DNA of 64,000 nt from a bacterium (GTDB lineage Bacteria > Patescibacteriota > Microgenomatia > Daviesbacterales > UBA10151), in the NCBI GenBank assembly GCA_021790255.1, contig JAJYIE010000002.1, positions 413-64,412 on the forward strand. Reading direction: 5' to 3'. The notes beneath the pieces are model-generated. The model worked only from the letters and a program-made list of their open reading frames with translations. It ran no database searches and was not told the origin of the DNA. How positions within the stretch are numbered: the stretch's first letter is position 1; every line of letters begins with the position of its first letter. Of this stretch, positions 1-12,664 are shown in pieces. Position numbers and translations under genes: made by a program.

Positions 1-570
1 AGGGCAGAAGATGATCCTAAATGGAAAAATTCCGGAGCTAAGAATAAGCTTGAATATTTAAACTGGAGCTGGAGCGGCTGTGGGATGGCCTGTTTTAAGA
101 TGGCTTTGGAATATTTTACAGGTCAAAAAGTGCCCCTGGTTGTTCTGGGTAAGCAGTGCTTAGTGTATGGTGGTTATCAGATGAATCAACAAGCTTTTAA
201 TAGGGGTGATTATTTGCATTCTTTACCGGGATTATTTTATAAACCTTTTATCCGCTTTATCCGGCATGAGTACGGTTTAACCGGCAGAGTCTCCCGGTTT
301 TTGACGGTTGAACAGATTGCCTATGAAATTAGCCGGAAGAACCTTGTCATAGTTTCAGTAAGTGCTGATATTGCCGATCAGCAGAATTATTCAGGTTCCA
401 AAGGAGGCCATCTGATATTGGTTAACGGTTATGATTTACCCAAAAAGCAACTGATATTTCATAACCCATCTGGTAAAAACACAAAAAACCAACAACTTGC
501 CCGGATTAATTTCCAGGATTTTATCCGGTACTTTGATAACAAAGGTATGGTTATTTTTGATCCTGCTTAA
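1..570 (+). CDS. C39-like (papain-fold) peptidase family protein, 5'-truncated by window
   Basis: Frame is open from base 1 (RAEDDPKW...WSWSGCGMAC). CGMAC catalytic Cys motif, later GHLILVNGYD and HNP motifs. Confidence 0.7.
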   Translation, partial: RAEDDPKWKNSGAKNKLEYLNWSWSGCGMACFKMALEYFTGQKVPLVVLGKQCLVYGGYQMNQQAFNRGDYLHSLPGLFYKPFIRFIRHEYGLTGRVSRFLTVEQIAYEISRKNLVIVSVSADIADQQNYSGSKGGHLILVNGYDLPKKQLIFHNPSGKNTKNQQLARINFQDFIRYFDNKGMVIFDPA

Positions 571-586
571 TCTAAACCTCGTCTAA

Positions 587-1192
587 TTAGTTATCACAGA
601 GGTAAGTCGGATTATGTTCGAACAAGGCAGATACTCTGTATTGTAAAGCCTTGCGGATGACCGGGCGGGCTTGCGGGATTAGCTTACGCCTCTTTGATAA
701 AAAGGTTGCCCATAAAAATGCGTCCGCATTGCTTGCAGAGTGAAGGATTGAAGGAATAATAAAAGGAAGGTCATCTTCTCTTAACTTATGTGGAGCTATT
801 TCCTTTTGGCAAGGCCAAATCTGCAGTTTATCCGGGAAGAAGTTAAAAAGTAACCGACCGCCGGAACCTTGCCGGGAAAAAGGCACCAAAAAACCAAAGG
901 GTTGTTCGCAATTATCAGGTTGGATTACCATGCTTAAAAAACCAGCCGGGAGTTTGCCGCCTAGGGCATCAGCTTCAAGTAATAAAAAGGCACGGTAACT
1001 GCCAATATCGACTACTGTGTCATATCCTGTACAAATAGCCCGGGCTTGTGCTCTGGTTCTAATCCAACTTGGGCCATCATTCAGAAGATGAGTTACCGGA
1101 TGGCCAAGGTGGTGTTGGTCCTGATGGTATTTAATAAACTTGGCGGTGAGGTCAGGAGAGGGATAAGGATTAATTAATTCTAAGTTGCCCAT
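587..1192 (-). CDS. hypothetical protein
   Basis: 201-aa ORF filling the gap, co-oriented with murD. No family recognised. Confidence 0.6.
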   Translation of the reverse strand: MGNLELINPYPSPDLTAKFIKYHQDQHHLGHPVTHLLNDGPSWIRTRAQARAICTGYDTVVDIGSYRAFLLLEADALGGKLPAGFLSMVIQPDNCEQPFGFLVPFSRQGSGGRLLFNFFPDKLQIWPCQKEIAPHKLREDDLPFIIPSILHSASNADAFLWATFLSKRRKLIPQARPVIRKALQYRVSALFEHNPTYLCDN

Positions 1193-1237
1193 AATCTGAG
1201 TAGAATGCGATTATAATGCTTGATTGATTAGAAATTT

Positions 1238-2578
1238 TCAATAGTATTTTTTCAATGCAGTTTTGACAGCCTGGTTAAACTTTTCGCCTCGATCGAATTC
1301 GTTTTGGAATAAATTAAACGAGGTGGCGCCGGGTGAGAAAAGAATAGTATCGCCGGGCCGGGAATTGGATAAAACCTCATTAAGTAAAACTTCTAATTTG
1401 TTGTAAGGATGTGGGTTGGTATTTGGTATTTGGTATTTGGTATTTAGGGATAATATCTGATCTGTGGCATCGCCTTCTAAAAAATAGACCGCTTTAGCGT
1501 ATTTTTGGATCGCTTCGGCCATCTCGATATAGCCCAAACCTTTATTCATCCCACCGCAGATTAAGATTGAGTTTGGTAAGGTCTGGAGAGCCTGGATAGT
1601 CGATTCGGGGTTGGTCGAGGCGCTGTCGTTGTAGATTTTTATCCCATTGACTTCTTTGATGAATTGTAGCCGGAAATCAATGCCAGGAAATTTTTGCATA
1701 ATTGATAGGGCCTGTATTGGGGGAATTCCCAGTTGCTGAGTTACAGCGAGAGCTGCCGCCATGTTCGCTAGATTGTGCTGACTGGGCAAAACCGGCCGGA
1801 ATGTTTTCGGCAAATTAGCTGAACTAAATTTTTTGATTGTTCCTGAGAGTGATTTAAGGAACTTGGGCTGATTGGTAATTTTATCTTCGGCATTGATAAA
1901 TAAAAAATCATCTTCAGTCTGGTATTTAGCAATGGCCCGTTTGGCAGTAATATAGTTTTCCATGGTGTCGTGGTAATTTAAGTGGTCGGGGAAGATATTA
2001 GTAATTACGGCAATGTGGGGTGAAATTTTATGCTGTTCAAAAGCCTGCAGCTGAAAAGAAGAGAGCTCCAGCACAACTGAAGTATCCGGTTTGATCTTCG
2101 AGAGCATTTCCAGCACTGAAGCCCGAATGTTACCAGCAAGAATGACTTTTTTCCCCGCCTGCTTAAGAACTTCGTAGATTAAGGAGGCGGTAGTCGACTT
2201 GCCTTTGGTACCGGTGATGCCAATCAGTTGCTCTGGCTCGACACATTCTAGGAAAATTCCCATATCCATTTCCACACGCTTACCCATTTTTTGAGCATAA
2301 AGCAGGAAGTTGTTATCCGGTTTTATGGCTGGGTTGCGGATGATGAGGTCAGCCCAATCAATATCGGCAGTCTGGTGGCCGCCTAAAACGTATTCAATGT
2401 CAGGGAATTGTTTAAGCTGGTTTAAAGAAGTTTCCAGCTGGTCGGCGGTTTTTAAATCAGTAACCCTGACCAAATCACCTTGGCGGGCGAAAAATTTAGT
2501 GGCCCCGAGGCCACCTTGGTTGACACCAAGGCCAAGAATAAGTATTTTTTGGCCTTTATGTGAATTATTTATTTTCAT
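1238..2578 (-). CDS. murD: UDP-N-acetylmuramoyl-L-alanine--D-glutamate ligase
   Basis: GITGTKGKSTT, LELSSFQL, DHLNYH, YNDSASTN, SPGATSF...FQNEFDRG motifs. Confidence 0.95.
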   Translation of the reverse strand: MKINNSHKGQKILILGLGVNQGGLGATKFFARQGDLVRVTDLKTADQLETSLNQLKQFPDIEYVLGGHQTADIDWADLIIRNPAIKPDNNFLLYAQKMGKRVEMDMGIFLECVEPEQLIGITGTKGKSTTASLIYEVLKQAGKKVILAGNIRASVLEMLSKIKPDTSVVLELSSFQLQAFEQHKISPHIAVITNIFPDHLNYHDTMENYITAKRAIAKYQTEDDFLFINAEDKITNQPKFLKSLSGTIKKFSSANLPKTFRPVLPSQHNLANMAAALAVTQQLGIPPIQALSIMQKFPGIDFRLQFIKEVNGIKIYNDSASTNPESTIQALQTLPNSILICGGMNKGLGYIEMAEAIQKYAKAVYFLEGDATDQILSLNTKYQIPNTNPHPYNKLEVLLNEVLSNSRPGDTILFSPGATSFNLFQNEFDRGEKFNQAVKTALKKYY

Positions 2579-3857
2579 TGACCAGCTGCTTTGCTAAATT
2601 ATGCGTTTCCCCTGCTCCAACAAAGAAAATGACGCTGTTTTCATCAGCACTATGCTGCAATTTCTTAAGTATATCTTCAGGATCAGGAGAATAAATCACG
2701 CTGTCTTTGTCAATTGCTTCAACCAACTGCCGGCTGTTAACAACCCCAGTGTCAACTTCCCGTGATGGATAAATATCCTGAATAAAAATTTGGTCGACAG
2801 GGAGTTGCTGAAAAATATTGACGAAATCATTGAATAAGAAATGCGTTCGGGAAAACATATGCGGTTGAAAAACCACGGTAATTTTTGAGTTGGGAAATTT
2901 TTCCCGGGCAGCGTTCAGTGTAACTTCGATTTCTGTGGGGTGGTGGGCAAAATCACTGTAAACTTTTGCTCCCTGATAAGTTCCCAGCAGTTCAAACCGG
3001 CGGCCGATGCCGGAAAAGTTTTGCAGGCTTTTTCTGATTACCTCCGGCTTTATTCCTAAGGCCAAACCGGTCTGGAATACCGCCGAGGCATTCAAATTAT
3101 TGTATTGTCCTGGTACCGACAGTGAAAAATCAATCAGGTTTTGGGAGTAATCAATTACCGGCTGCCTGGGTTTTAGGACTTCAATAACTTCTTGCACTCC
3201 CCTATCCTGCATGTTTACAATCAGCAGACCCTTATTTTGTCTTAAGAATTTTACAAAACTTTTTTTATAGGCGTCAAAATCGCGGTAGTATTCTGGGTGG
3301 TCCATCTCCACGGCAGTAACAATAGTAATATCCGGGTGGCTAGCCAAAAAATTATCATTGAACTCATCGGCTTCGGTAACAAAGTATTTTCCCACCCCAA
3401 TCCGGTAATTAGTCTGCCACTCCGGCACGATTGCTCCCAGCTCCACAGCAGGATCCAACCCGGCGTTCTCAAGAAGTGTCCCGATCATGGCTGTGGTGGT
3501 CGACTTCCCATGGGTACCGCAGACAGCAATTACAATTTTGCCTTTTTCCAGGTATTTGCCCATAAACTGCTGCCAAGTTAAAATGGGAATTTTTCTTCTG
3601 CGGGCTTCCACAAGCTCCGGATTATTCTGATCAAGCCAGGTGATGGCTGGAGAAATGGCGACGACATCAGCATCGTGCAAATGCTCAGGATTATGTCCTT
3701 CCCGGAGTTTGGTTTGGTCAAAAATAGCAGTGAATTCGTTAAAGGGGTGATGGTCACAGCCGCTTACTTTGTATCCCCGGGCCTGGGCGATGGCGGCCAC
3801 TGCTGAAGCCCCGCTGCCGGCTATGCCCAGGAAATGAATATGGATTTTTTTAGCCAT
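2565..3857 (-). CDS. murC: UDP-N-acetylmuramate--L-alanine ligase
   Basis: IHFLGIAGSG, GTHGKSTTT, EADE, DFAHHPTEI, VFQPH. Start taken at MAKKIHIHF. Confidence 0.95.
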   Translation of the reverse strand: MAKKIHIHFLGIAGSGASAVAAIAQARGYKVSGCDHHPFNEFTAIFDQTKLREGHNPEHLHDADVVAISPAITWLDQNNPELVEARRRKIPILTWQQFMGKYLEKGKIVIAVCGTHGKSTTTAMIGTLLENAGLDPAVELGAIVPEWQTNYRIGVGKYFVTEADEFNDNFLASHPDITIVTAVEMDHPEYYRDFDAYKKSFVKFLRQNKGLLIVNMQDRGVQEVIEVLKPRQPVIDYSQNLIDFSLSVPGQYNNLNASAVFQTGLALGIKPEVIRKSLQNFSGIGRRFELLGTYQGAKVYSDFAHHPTEIEVTLNAAREKFPNSKITVVFQPHMFSRTHFLFNDFVNIFQQLPVDQIFIQDIYPSREVDTGVVNSRQLVEAIDKDSVIYSPDPEDILKKLQHSADENSVIFFVGAGETHNLAKQLVNENK

Positions 3858-3874
3858 ATTAAGCGAGTATAGCA

Positions 3875-4594
3875 TCAATCAATATAGCCATAGATAGCCG
3901 GGTGGCCAGTGGCAACTGCCCACTGCCTGTTCCCGAAGTCGAAGTGCCAGCGCTCCTGGTGATTGACAGTAAAACCAGCGTGGATCATTGCTGCGCGGAT
4001 CAATCGGCGGTTATCCCGGTATAATATGTCTTGGCCTGAGGTTATTTTATCAGGGTTTTCATAGTAATAGGATCGCGAAATCTCAGCGTAAATGGGTGTA
4101 TTCGGCGGAGCTACAGGCACCCGATTAAGACCTTTGACAAGAGAAATGTCGACAGCTCCTCCGGTTGTGTGGGGGGCCAGACCAGGGTCTTTTTCAGGGA
4201 GCAGAAAGACGTACCGTTGAGTTATTTTTTGTATCTTATCTTCACCAAGCCGAGGATAAAGATTTTTTACTTTGTCTAAAACTAACCTTTGCATTTCCAG
4301 CTGCTCTTCTTTGCTCCGGTGAGCTGTATTTACAACCAGACGGTAGTTATCATCAGCTTTCCGCATATAATTTACCGCCAATGCTAACCGTAAGGCTGCA
4401 CCTCTTCGCAAATACAATTCTGCCGGGATATCTTTTATCAGTTTGCGCCCTGTTTCCAGAAGATATTGGTGCTCTGTAATAATTTTTCCGAGAGCGACAG
4501 CACCTACTGGTACCAATGGCTCTCCGCATTCCCGAACAGGAGTTCTTGCTGCGGAGCGGGTAATCGGAGGCATTGCTACTTCAGCCGGTATCAT
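3875..4594 (-). CDS. D-alanyl-D-alanine dipeptidase (VanX/M15 family)
   Basis: PHTTGGAVDI and ERWHFDFG zinc motifs. Confidence 0.85.
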   Translation of the reverse strand: MIPAEVAMPPITRSAARTPVRECGEPLVPVGAVALGKIITEHQYLLETGRKLIKDIPAELYLRRGAALRLALAVNYMRKADDNYRLVVNTAHRSKEEQLEMQRLVLDKVKNLYPRLGEDKIQKITQRYVFLLPEKDPGLAPHTTGGAVDISLVKGLNRVPVAPPNTPIYAEISRSYYYENPDKITSGQDILYRDNRRLIRAAMIHAGFTVNHQERWHFDFGNRQWAVATGHPAIYGYID

Positions 4595-4626
4595 ATCCTA
4601 TAATATACATGATTTGCCAAACTTTT

Positions 4627-5274
4627 TCAAATTTCGGTAAAAATTTTCAGGCGGTAAATTTTAAAGGGCGGATTCCCTAACCCAACTTGAAATTTTTCCT
4701 GCAGCTTCCCGTTGTCGATTTGACCCATGTGCACGCCATTTGCCTGAGTGCTGCTGGAATGTGCGTAAGTAATAACTCCGTTTTCATGAGCCAAAATGAC
4801 GGCGACATGCGGAATGTCACTTAGGACATTGAATTTTAGGATATCGCCGGGGCGGGTTAAAGCAGGGCCAGGAACAGGAACAACAAATCGGTCGGAAGTT
4901 AATTTGGCGGCTCCCGTTCGCCCGATGTGCTCCATGCCGGCAGCTTCCTGCAGATTACCCAAACCAATTTTTTTAGTCAGGTGATCCAGAAGGCGATAGA
5001 CAAACCCGGAGCAATCAATGCCTAATTTGTGATTCACCATAAAACGCCGAATTTCTTCAACAGAAGTTTTGTCCAAGTCGAAATTTTCCGCCTCGGCTAA
5101 TTTTTCAGTGGTTTTGGTGAGAACTTCCGGTGAACTTTTGCCCTGAAACTCCGGCCCCAATTTTTGGTAACTGCCGAATTCATTGCGCCGGTATGGTGTG
5201 GGGATCCTTTTGCCGCCCAGAGGAAGCATGAATTGATCGTAAGCCTGCCGCAAGATGGCTGCTGTATCGGACAT
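4627..5274 (-). CDS. NlpC/P60-like cysteine peptidase/amidase
   Basis: GIDCSGFV, PGDIL, HVAVI, YAHSS motifs. Confidence 0.75.
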   Translation of the reverse strand: MSDTAAILRQAYDQFMLPLGGKRIPTPYRRNEFGSYQKLGPEFQGKSSPEVLTKTTEKLAEAENFDLDKTSVEEIRRFMVNHKLGIDCSGFVYRLLDHLTKKIGLGNLQEAAGMEHIGRTGAAKLTSDRFVVPVPGPALTRPGDILKFNVLSDIPHVAVILAHENGVITYAHSSSTQANGVHMGQIDNGKLQEKFQVGLGNPPFKIYRLKIFTEI

Positions 5275-5287
5275 GCTCTAAATATCC

Positions 5288-7432
<2,145 letters not shown>

Positions 7433-7436
7433 ACTT

Positions 7437-7465
7437 AGTTTACCAGGTCAAAGCTATTTTTGCAA
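7437..7465 (-). promoter_or_regulatory. sigma70-type promoter for hairpin RNA/gyrB
   Basis: TTGCAA-17 nt-TAAACT with extended -10 TG on minus strand. Confidence 0.6.
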
Positions 7466-7518
7466 CTGAAGGGTATGAATTTGGATTGTCGTAACGCTCT
7501 AAATACCCAAACTTATGG

Positions 7519-8190
7519 CTACTTCCCTAAGACCGGCGTCTTGAGCATTAAATATTCCAAAATAGCTCTCAAGTTTACGTTTTGTCTCTGCCAGCGCTCA
7601 GCTTCTATGCAGTCTTCCAGCAGTTGGTGTATTTGGGATATCGGTAAGACAGGAATTTCTTCAGTCATTTGCTGGCGAAAAAAGGCAGTCAGGCTGTAAA
7701 GCAGTTCTTCCTTTTGTTCCAACTTCTCCAGGTAAACAAAACGCTTCTCAACATTTGAACTCAGTAATTTATCGATATTTTTTTGGTGTTTTTCCAAAAA
7801 TTCGGCGCTCTGGCTGGCCAATTCCGTACTGTGGAGGTTGACAAGTTGGCATCGGGAAACAACAGTCGGCAACAACTGGTCATCAGAACATACTCCCAGA
7901 ATAATCCGGGCCTGCGCCGGCGGTTCCTCCAAGGTTTTCAACAGGGCATTTTGGGCATCATCAGTAAAATTTTCCGCGGCAATTACTACTACCGCCTGGC
8001 CGACAGCCTGGTAAGGCTTGAGGCTTAAAAACTGCTCAATCCGGCGGGCCTGTTCAATTCCCAGTTTCTCTTCTTCTCCCAACCACAACAAGTCAGGATG
8101 GCTGCGGCTTAAGCCTTGTTCAATAAGTATCTTTTCTGCTTCCTCTGCCCTTTTTATGGGATCAGGATGGATTAACAGCAAACTGGTCAT
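7519..8190 (-). CDS. holB: DNA polymerase III delta-prime-like subunit (short form)
   Basis: HPDL, AQNALLKTLEEPP, LLPTVVSRC motifs. Confidence 0.8.
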   Translation of the reverse strand: MTSLLLIHPDPIKRAEEAEKILIEQGLSRSHPDLLWLGEEEKLGIEQARRIEQFLSLKPYQAVGQAVVVIAAENFTDDAQNALLKTLEEPPAQARIILGVCSDDQLLPTVVSRCQLVNLHSTELASQSAEFLEKHQKNIDKLLSSNVEKRFVYLEKLEQKEELLYSLTAFFRQQMTEEIPVLPISQIHQLLEDCIEAERWQRQNVNLRAILEYLMLKTPVLGK

Positions 8191-8610
8191 TTGGGGAAAT
8201 TATATGAATTTCAAAGATTAAAAAGCAAAGAGCAAAAATATCTGCTTCCCACTTTCCAGGTGGGAAGCTTAACGTCACCCATATTCATCGTACCAATACT
8301 ACCTCTCGGGAGAAAAGCATCCATTTTGCAACACATAGCTAATCTTGTCTTATTTTTCTAAAGCCAATCCCAGCTTAAGCTATCATAGTTTTGTTGAGGA
8401 AACAGAGATTGAAGATCCGGCTTTGTATGTATGCCTTATTGATAGGGAAGGTGATTAAAACTAGCTCCCCACTTGACATGTGGGAGCACAAAAAGCTTTT
8501 TGGCGGGAGGCAGATTGCTCCTATATTAGTTCCTCTTTCTAATTGACTATTTCTCAAAAATTTGACCATAATGGAAATAAGCCCTTGGATTTTGTTCAGG
8601 GAAATAGTTT

Positions 8611-10320
8611 ATGGCACAAGCTGCTCAATTTGGTCTTGAAGATATCCTTTTTAAGCAAGGCTTGATCAACTCCAGCCAACTTTCTGCTATCAAACTGGAA
8701 TCAATTAATAGCGGCAAGGGTGCCGAACAGCTTATCCAGGAGCATCAAATAGTGCCCCCGGACAAGTTGCTGGCTGCCCGGGCTCAGCTTTTGGGGGTGC
8801 CTTTTATTCATCTGGAGGGGCGGCCGATTTCCTCTGATGTTTTGAATTTGGTGCCGGAATCTGTAGCACGACGTTACAACTTAATCCCCTTTGATAAAAA
8901 AGCGGACAAACTATTCGTGGCAATGCTTGACCCTCTGGATTTGCAGGTGGTGCAGTTTATTGAAACAAAGTCCGGGTTGTTTGTGAAGCCATATCTGGCA
9001 GCGACTGATGATATTAATGCAGCGATTGGCGAACAATACTCTCAAAACCTTTCCACCGAAGTTACCTCTGCTTTAAAGGAAGTTACCGAGCTCAACAAGC
9101 AGGCCACAGAAGACACTGTAACTCAGGAGGGAACGGAAATTATCCGGGAAGCCCCAGTCTCCAACATCATTACTCATCTGCTGGACTATGCCGTAAAGGC
9201 TAATGCTTCAGATATCCATATTGAACCTTTGGAAGATAAGACCCGGGTCCGCTACCGGATTGATGGCATTTTGCATGAAAAGGTTATCCTGCCGCGGGGA
9301 GTACATGACGCTCTGGTTTCCCGCATCAAAATCCTTTCCAGCTTAAAAATCGAGGAGAAGCGGTTACCACAGGACGGCCGTTTCAGCTATGCTGCCGGGC
9401 AAAAAATGTATGACCTTCGTGTTTCCACCGTTCCGACTATCTATGGGGAAAAAGTGGTAATGAGACTTTTGCCCAAAAACACTCTCCCTCCTACCCTGCA
9501 TGATTTGGGGCTCCGGGCTATGGCTTTAAAAATACTGGAAGCACAAATTACCAGGCCGCATGGCATCATATTAATTTGCGGGCCAACCGGTTCCGGTAAA
9601 ACTACCACCCTCTACTCTGTTTTAACCAAGCTTTCCACCACCAAGGTCAATGTAGTGACAGTAGAAGATCCTGTTGAGTACCGGATTGCCGGGGCTAACC
9701 AGGTCCAGGTGAATCCGCAAATCGGCCTGACTTTTGCTTCAGCTCTGCGCTCTTTCCTGCGCCAGGATCCCAATATTATCCTGGTGGGAGAAGTCCGGGA
9801 TTCGGAAACAGCGGATCTGGCCATTCAGGCTGCTTTAACGGGCCATCAGGTTTTTTCCACCATACATACCAACACGGCTGCAGGTGCCCTGCCCAGGCTT
9901 TTAGATATGGGTATGGAGCCATTTCTGATTGCCTCTTCCGTTAACGCTGCCGTCGGGCAAAGAATCCTGCGGCAAGTGTGCATGCATTGCCGGACAGCCT
10001 TTACCCCACCTCCGGAAGTGGAAGCAAGCATCAGGAAAGTTTTGGGCAAGCTGGCGCCTGCCGATAAACAGTTAGCTCTTTACCGGGGGACGGGTTGTGC
10101 CGAGTGCGGAAATACAGGTTACTCCGGTCGGATCGGTATTTTTGAGGTTTTACCTATGTCGACTAAAATCATGCAGCTTATTCTTGAACGGGCTTCGGCG
10201 CAGCAAGTGGAAGACCAAGCAGTTGCAGAAGGTATGATAACATTAAAGCAGGACGGTTATATGAAAGCGTTGGAGGGGATCACTACCCTGGAGGAGGTGT
10301 TAAGAGTAGCAGAAGAGTAG
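8611..10320 (+). CDS. pilB: type IV pilus assembly ATPase PilB/GspE
   Basis: ASDIHIEP, GPTGSGKTTT, TVEDPVE, LRQDPNIILVGEVRD, tetra-Cys motif, GRIGIFEVL. Confidence 0.95.
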   Translation: MAQAAQFGLEDILFKQGLINSSQLSAIKLESINSGKGAEQLIQEHQIVPPDKLLAARAQLLGVPFIHLEGRPISSDVLNLVPESVARRYNLIPFDKKADKLFVAMLDPLDLQVVQFIETKSGLFVKPYLAATDDINAAIGEQYSQNLSTEVTSALKEVTELNKQATEDTVTQEGTEIIREAPVSNIITHLLDYAVKANASDIHIEPLEDKTRVRYRIDGILHEKVILPRGVHDALVSRIKILSSLKIEEKRLPQDGRFSYAAGQKMYDLRVSTVPTIYGEKVVMRLLPKNTLPPTLHDLGLRAMALKILEAQITRPHGIILICGPTGSGKTTTLYSVLTKLSTTKVNVVTVEDPVEYRIAGANQVQVNPQIGLTFASALRSFLRQDPNIILVGEVRDSETADLAIQAALTGHQVFSTIHTNTAAGALPRLLDMGMEPFLIASSVNAAVGQRILRQVCMHCRTAFTPPPEVEASIRKVLGKLAPADKQLALYRGTGCAECGNTGYSGRIGIFEVLPMSTKIMQLILERASAQQVEDQAVAEGMITLKQDGYMKALEGITTLEEVLRVAEE

Positions 10321-10323
10321 CTT

Positions 10324-11394
10324 ATGCATATAAGACAACTATTAGATTTAGCAATCGCTAAGAATGCTTCAGATTTGCACTTGGTGTATGGTTATCCACC
10401 GGCACTGCGGATTGATTCGGCGCTGGATTTTATCCACGGCACAAACCCCCTGACCGATGAAGATATTGTCGGTTTGGTTTTGCCGCTTTTGTACCCGGCT
10501 CAGAAACGTATGTTTGAAAGCACTTATGAGCTGGATTTTGCAATTCCTTATCAAAAGAAGGCCCGTTTTAGGGTGAACTTGTTCCGTGAGCAGGGGCATG
10601 TTTCGGCAGCTTTCCGTCTCCTGCCTTTGGTTATTCCCAAACTGGAATCTTTGGGACTACCGGTACAGGTTTATCCTTTGAGCGAACTGCGTCAGGGATT
10701 TATATTGGTAACTGGCCCGACAGGCCACGGCAAATCGACAACTTTGGCTGCAATACTAAATAAAATTAATGAAACAAGACCGGCCAGGATTATTACCATT
10801 GAGGACCCGATTGAATATGTTTTCCCTCAGGCACGCGGGCTGGTCAGCCAACGGGAGATGCTGGTTGATACTAAGAGCTGGTCAAACGCTTTAAGGGCAG
10901 CTTTGCGGGAAGATCCGGACGCGGTGATGGTAGGAGAAATGAGAGATTACGAAACAATTGCTGCGGCTATCACCATTGCCGAAACTGGGCATTTGGTTTT
11001 TGCATCGCTGCATACCAACTCCGCGGCTCAGGCAGTGGATAGGATTATTGACGTTTTTCCGGAGCAGCAGCAATCTCAGGTGAGAAGCCAAATTGCCGCT
11101 ACGCTGGAAGCGGTCATTTCCCAGCGGCTGATCCCGACTCTGGGTCCGGGACGGGCTTTGGCAGTTGAGCTTTTAATGAGGACTCCCGCCTTAGCATCAA
11201 TGATTCGCGACGGGAAAACCCACCTGATTGATAACCTGATCCAAACTTCAGCTGAATTCGGGATGATACCGATGGAGGCATCATTGGCCCGTTTGGTGCA
11301 GGAAGGCAGAGTAAGTATAGAGACAGCCCAAAACTATTGCCTGCATACGGATGTTCTGGAGAAACTGGTTGGGGGTTTTCATGCCAGTATTTAG
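10324..11394 (+). CDS. pilT: type IV pilus retraction ATPase
   Basis: ASDLHL, GPTGHGKSTT, LREDPD, AETGHLVFASLHT, RIIDVFP. Confidence 0.95.
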   Translation: MHIRQLLDLAIAKNASDLHLVYGYPPALRIDSALDFIHGTNPLTDEDIVGLVLPLLYPAQKRMFESTYELDFAIPYQKKARFRVNLFREQGHVSAAFRLLPLVIPKLESLGLPVQVYPLSELRQGFILVTGPTGHGKSTTLAAILNKINETRPARIITIEDPIEYVFPQARGLVSQREMLVDTKSWSNALRAALREDPDAVMVGEMRDYETIAAAITIAETGHLVFASLHTNSAAQAVDRIIDVFPEQQQSQVRSQIAATLEAVISQRLIPTLGPGRALAVELLMRTPALASMIRDGKTHLIDNLIQTSAEFGMIPMEASLARLVQEGRVSIETAQNYCLHTDVLEKLVGGFHASI

Positions 11395-12589
11395 TTACAC
11401 GGCCAAGGATTTAAAGGGCAACTACCATAAAGGTGAAGTTGAAACAGCCGACGAACATCAGGCGGCGGTGATTTTGCGGCGCAAAAGCCTGATAGTGATC
11501 TCCTTAAAATCATCATCGGAGAAAGGCGGATCGTTTTTCAAACAGTTTTTCTTCCGGGTCTCTTTCAACGAGGTGGTAATTATGACCAGGCAGCTGGCTA
11601 CGATGATTCAGGCCGGGCTGGTCTTATCAGAGGCGCTGGATATTCTGGAGGAGCAGCAGGCCAACAGTAAAATGAAACTTGTACTGCGGGATGTTTCTAC
11701 TGATATCAAAGGCGGAATTGATTTTGCATCAGCGCTGGAAAAACACCCGGAGGTTTTCCCGAAACTTTATGTTCAGCTGGTGCGGGCCGGGCAGGCCTCA
11801 GGTAAGCTGGATACAGTACTTTTGGAGCTGGCATCCAACCTGGAAAAGCAAAGGGATTTTCAAAGCAAGGTCAAAGGGGCAATGATTTACCCCGCTGTGA
11901 TTCTGGTTATGATGCTCACAGTCATGATGATTATGATGTTTGTGGTTATTCCTCAGCTGACTAAGATGTTCAGCGATGCTCAGATGCAGCTTCCCCTTCC
12001 CACGAAAATTGTTATCGCCATCGCCTCTTTCTTGATAAATTTCTGGTGGCTGCTGCTGATAGGAGTAGCGGGGCTTATCTACGGAGCCAAAAAGTTTTTA
12101 TCCACTCCGACCGGCCGGCTAATCTATGATAATTTCATGATTACCTTTCCGGTGGTAGGAAATATATCCCGCCTGGTAATAATGACCAACTTCACCCGCA
12201 CCCTGGGGCTTTTGGTGGCGGCCGGGATCCCCATTATTGACGCCATTAAGATTGTCAGTGATGTGGTGGGCAACAGTGTTTACAAAAAAGGCTTATTGGA
12301 AACATGCAAGGGTGTGGAGCGCGGCCTAACTTTTTCCAGCCAGCTTCTGGCTCTGCCCCTCTTCCCGCGCATTGTCGGGCAAATGATTAAAACCGGTGAG
12401 GAAACCGGAAAACTTGATGATATTATGTACCGGCTGGCAGATTATTTTGAATCAGAGGCGGATAATATCTTAAAAAACAGCACAGCGCTGGTGGAACCGA
12501 TTACCCTGGTAATTTTGGGGGCAGGAGTAGGCTTTTTGGTGGTTTCCATAATTTTGCCGATTTACCAGTTAAGCACGAACATAAAATAG
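11381..12589 (+). CDS. pilC: type IV pilus platform protein PilC/GspF
   Basis: MPVFSYTA start, RQLATMI, AMIYP, GEETGKLD, LVEP. Confidence 0.93.
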   Translation: MPVFSYTAKDLKGNYHKGEVETADEHQAAVILRRKSLIVISLKSSSEKGGSFFKQFFFRVSFNEVVIMTRQLATMIQAGLVLSEALDILEEQQANSKMKLVLRDVSTDIKGGIDFASALEKHPEVFPKLYVQLVRAGQASGKLDTVLLELASNLEKQRDFQSKVKGAMIYPAVILVMMLTVMMIMMFVVIPQLTKMFSDAQMQLPLPTKIVIAIASFLINFWWLLLIGVAGLIYGAKKFLSTPTGRLIYDNFMITFPVVGNISRLVIMTNFTRTLGLLVAAGIPIIDAIKIVSDVVGNSVYKKGLLETCKGVERGLTFSSQLLALPLFPRIVGQMIKTGEETGKLDDIMYRLADYFESEADNILKNSTALVEPITLVILGAGVGFLVVSIILPIYQLSTNIK

Positions 12590-12608
12590 TTAATTTTTAA
12601 CCAAACAC

Positions 12609-12637
12609 TTGACGAAAATCGGAGACTATGACAACAT
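12609..12637 (+). promoter_or_regulatory. putative major-pilin promoter with TATGACAACA element
   Basis: TTGACG followed 18 nt later by TATGACAACA. Same arrangement at 14133-14160. Confidence 0.45.
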
Positions 12638-12664
12638 TAAAATAAATTGAGAGGGGGTGAGGAT

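Noticed and set aside
8220-8610. c-di-GMP riboswitch upstream of pilB
   Set aside because: No GEMM consensus (GGCAAA...GACGCAAAG) on either strand that I could find.
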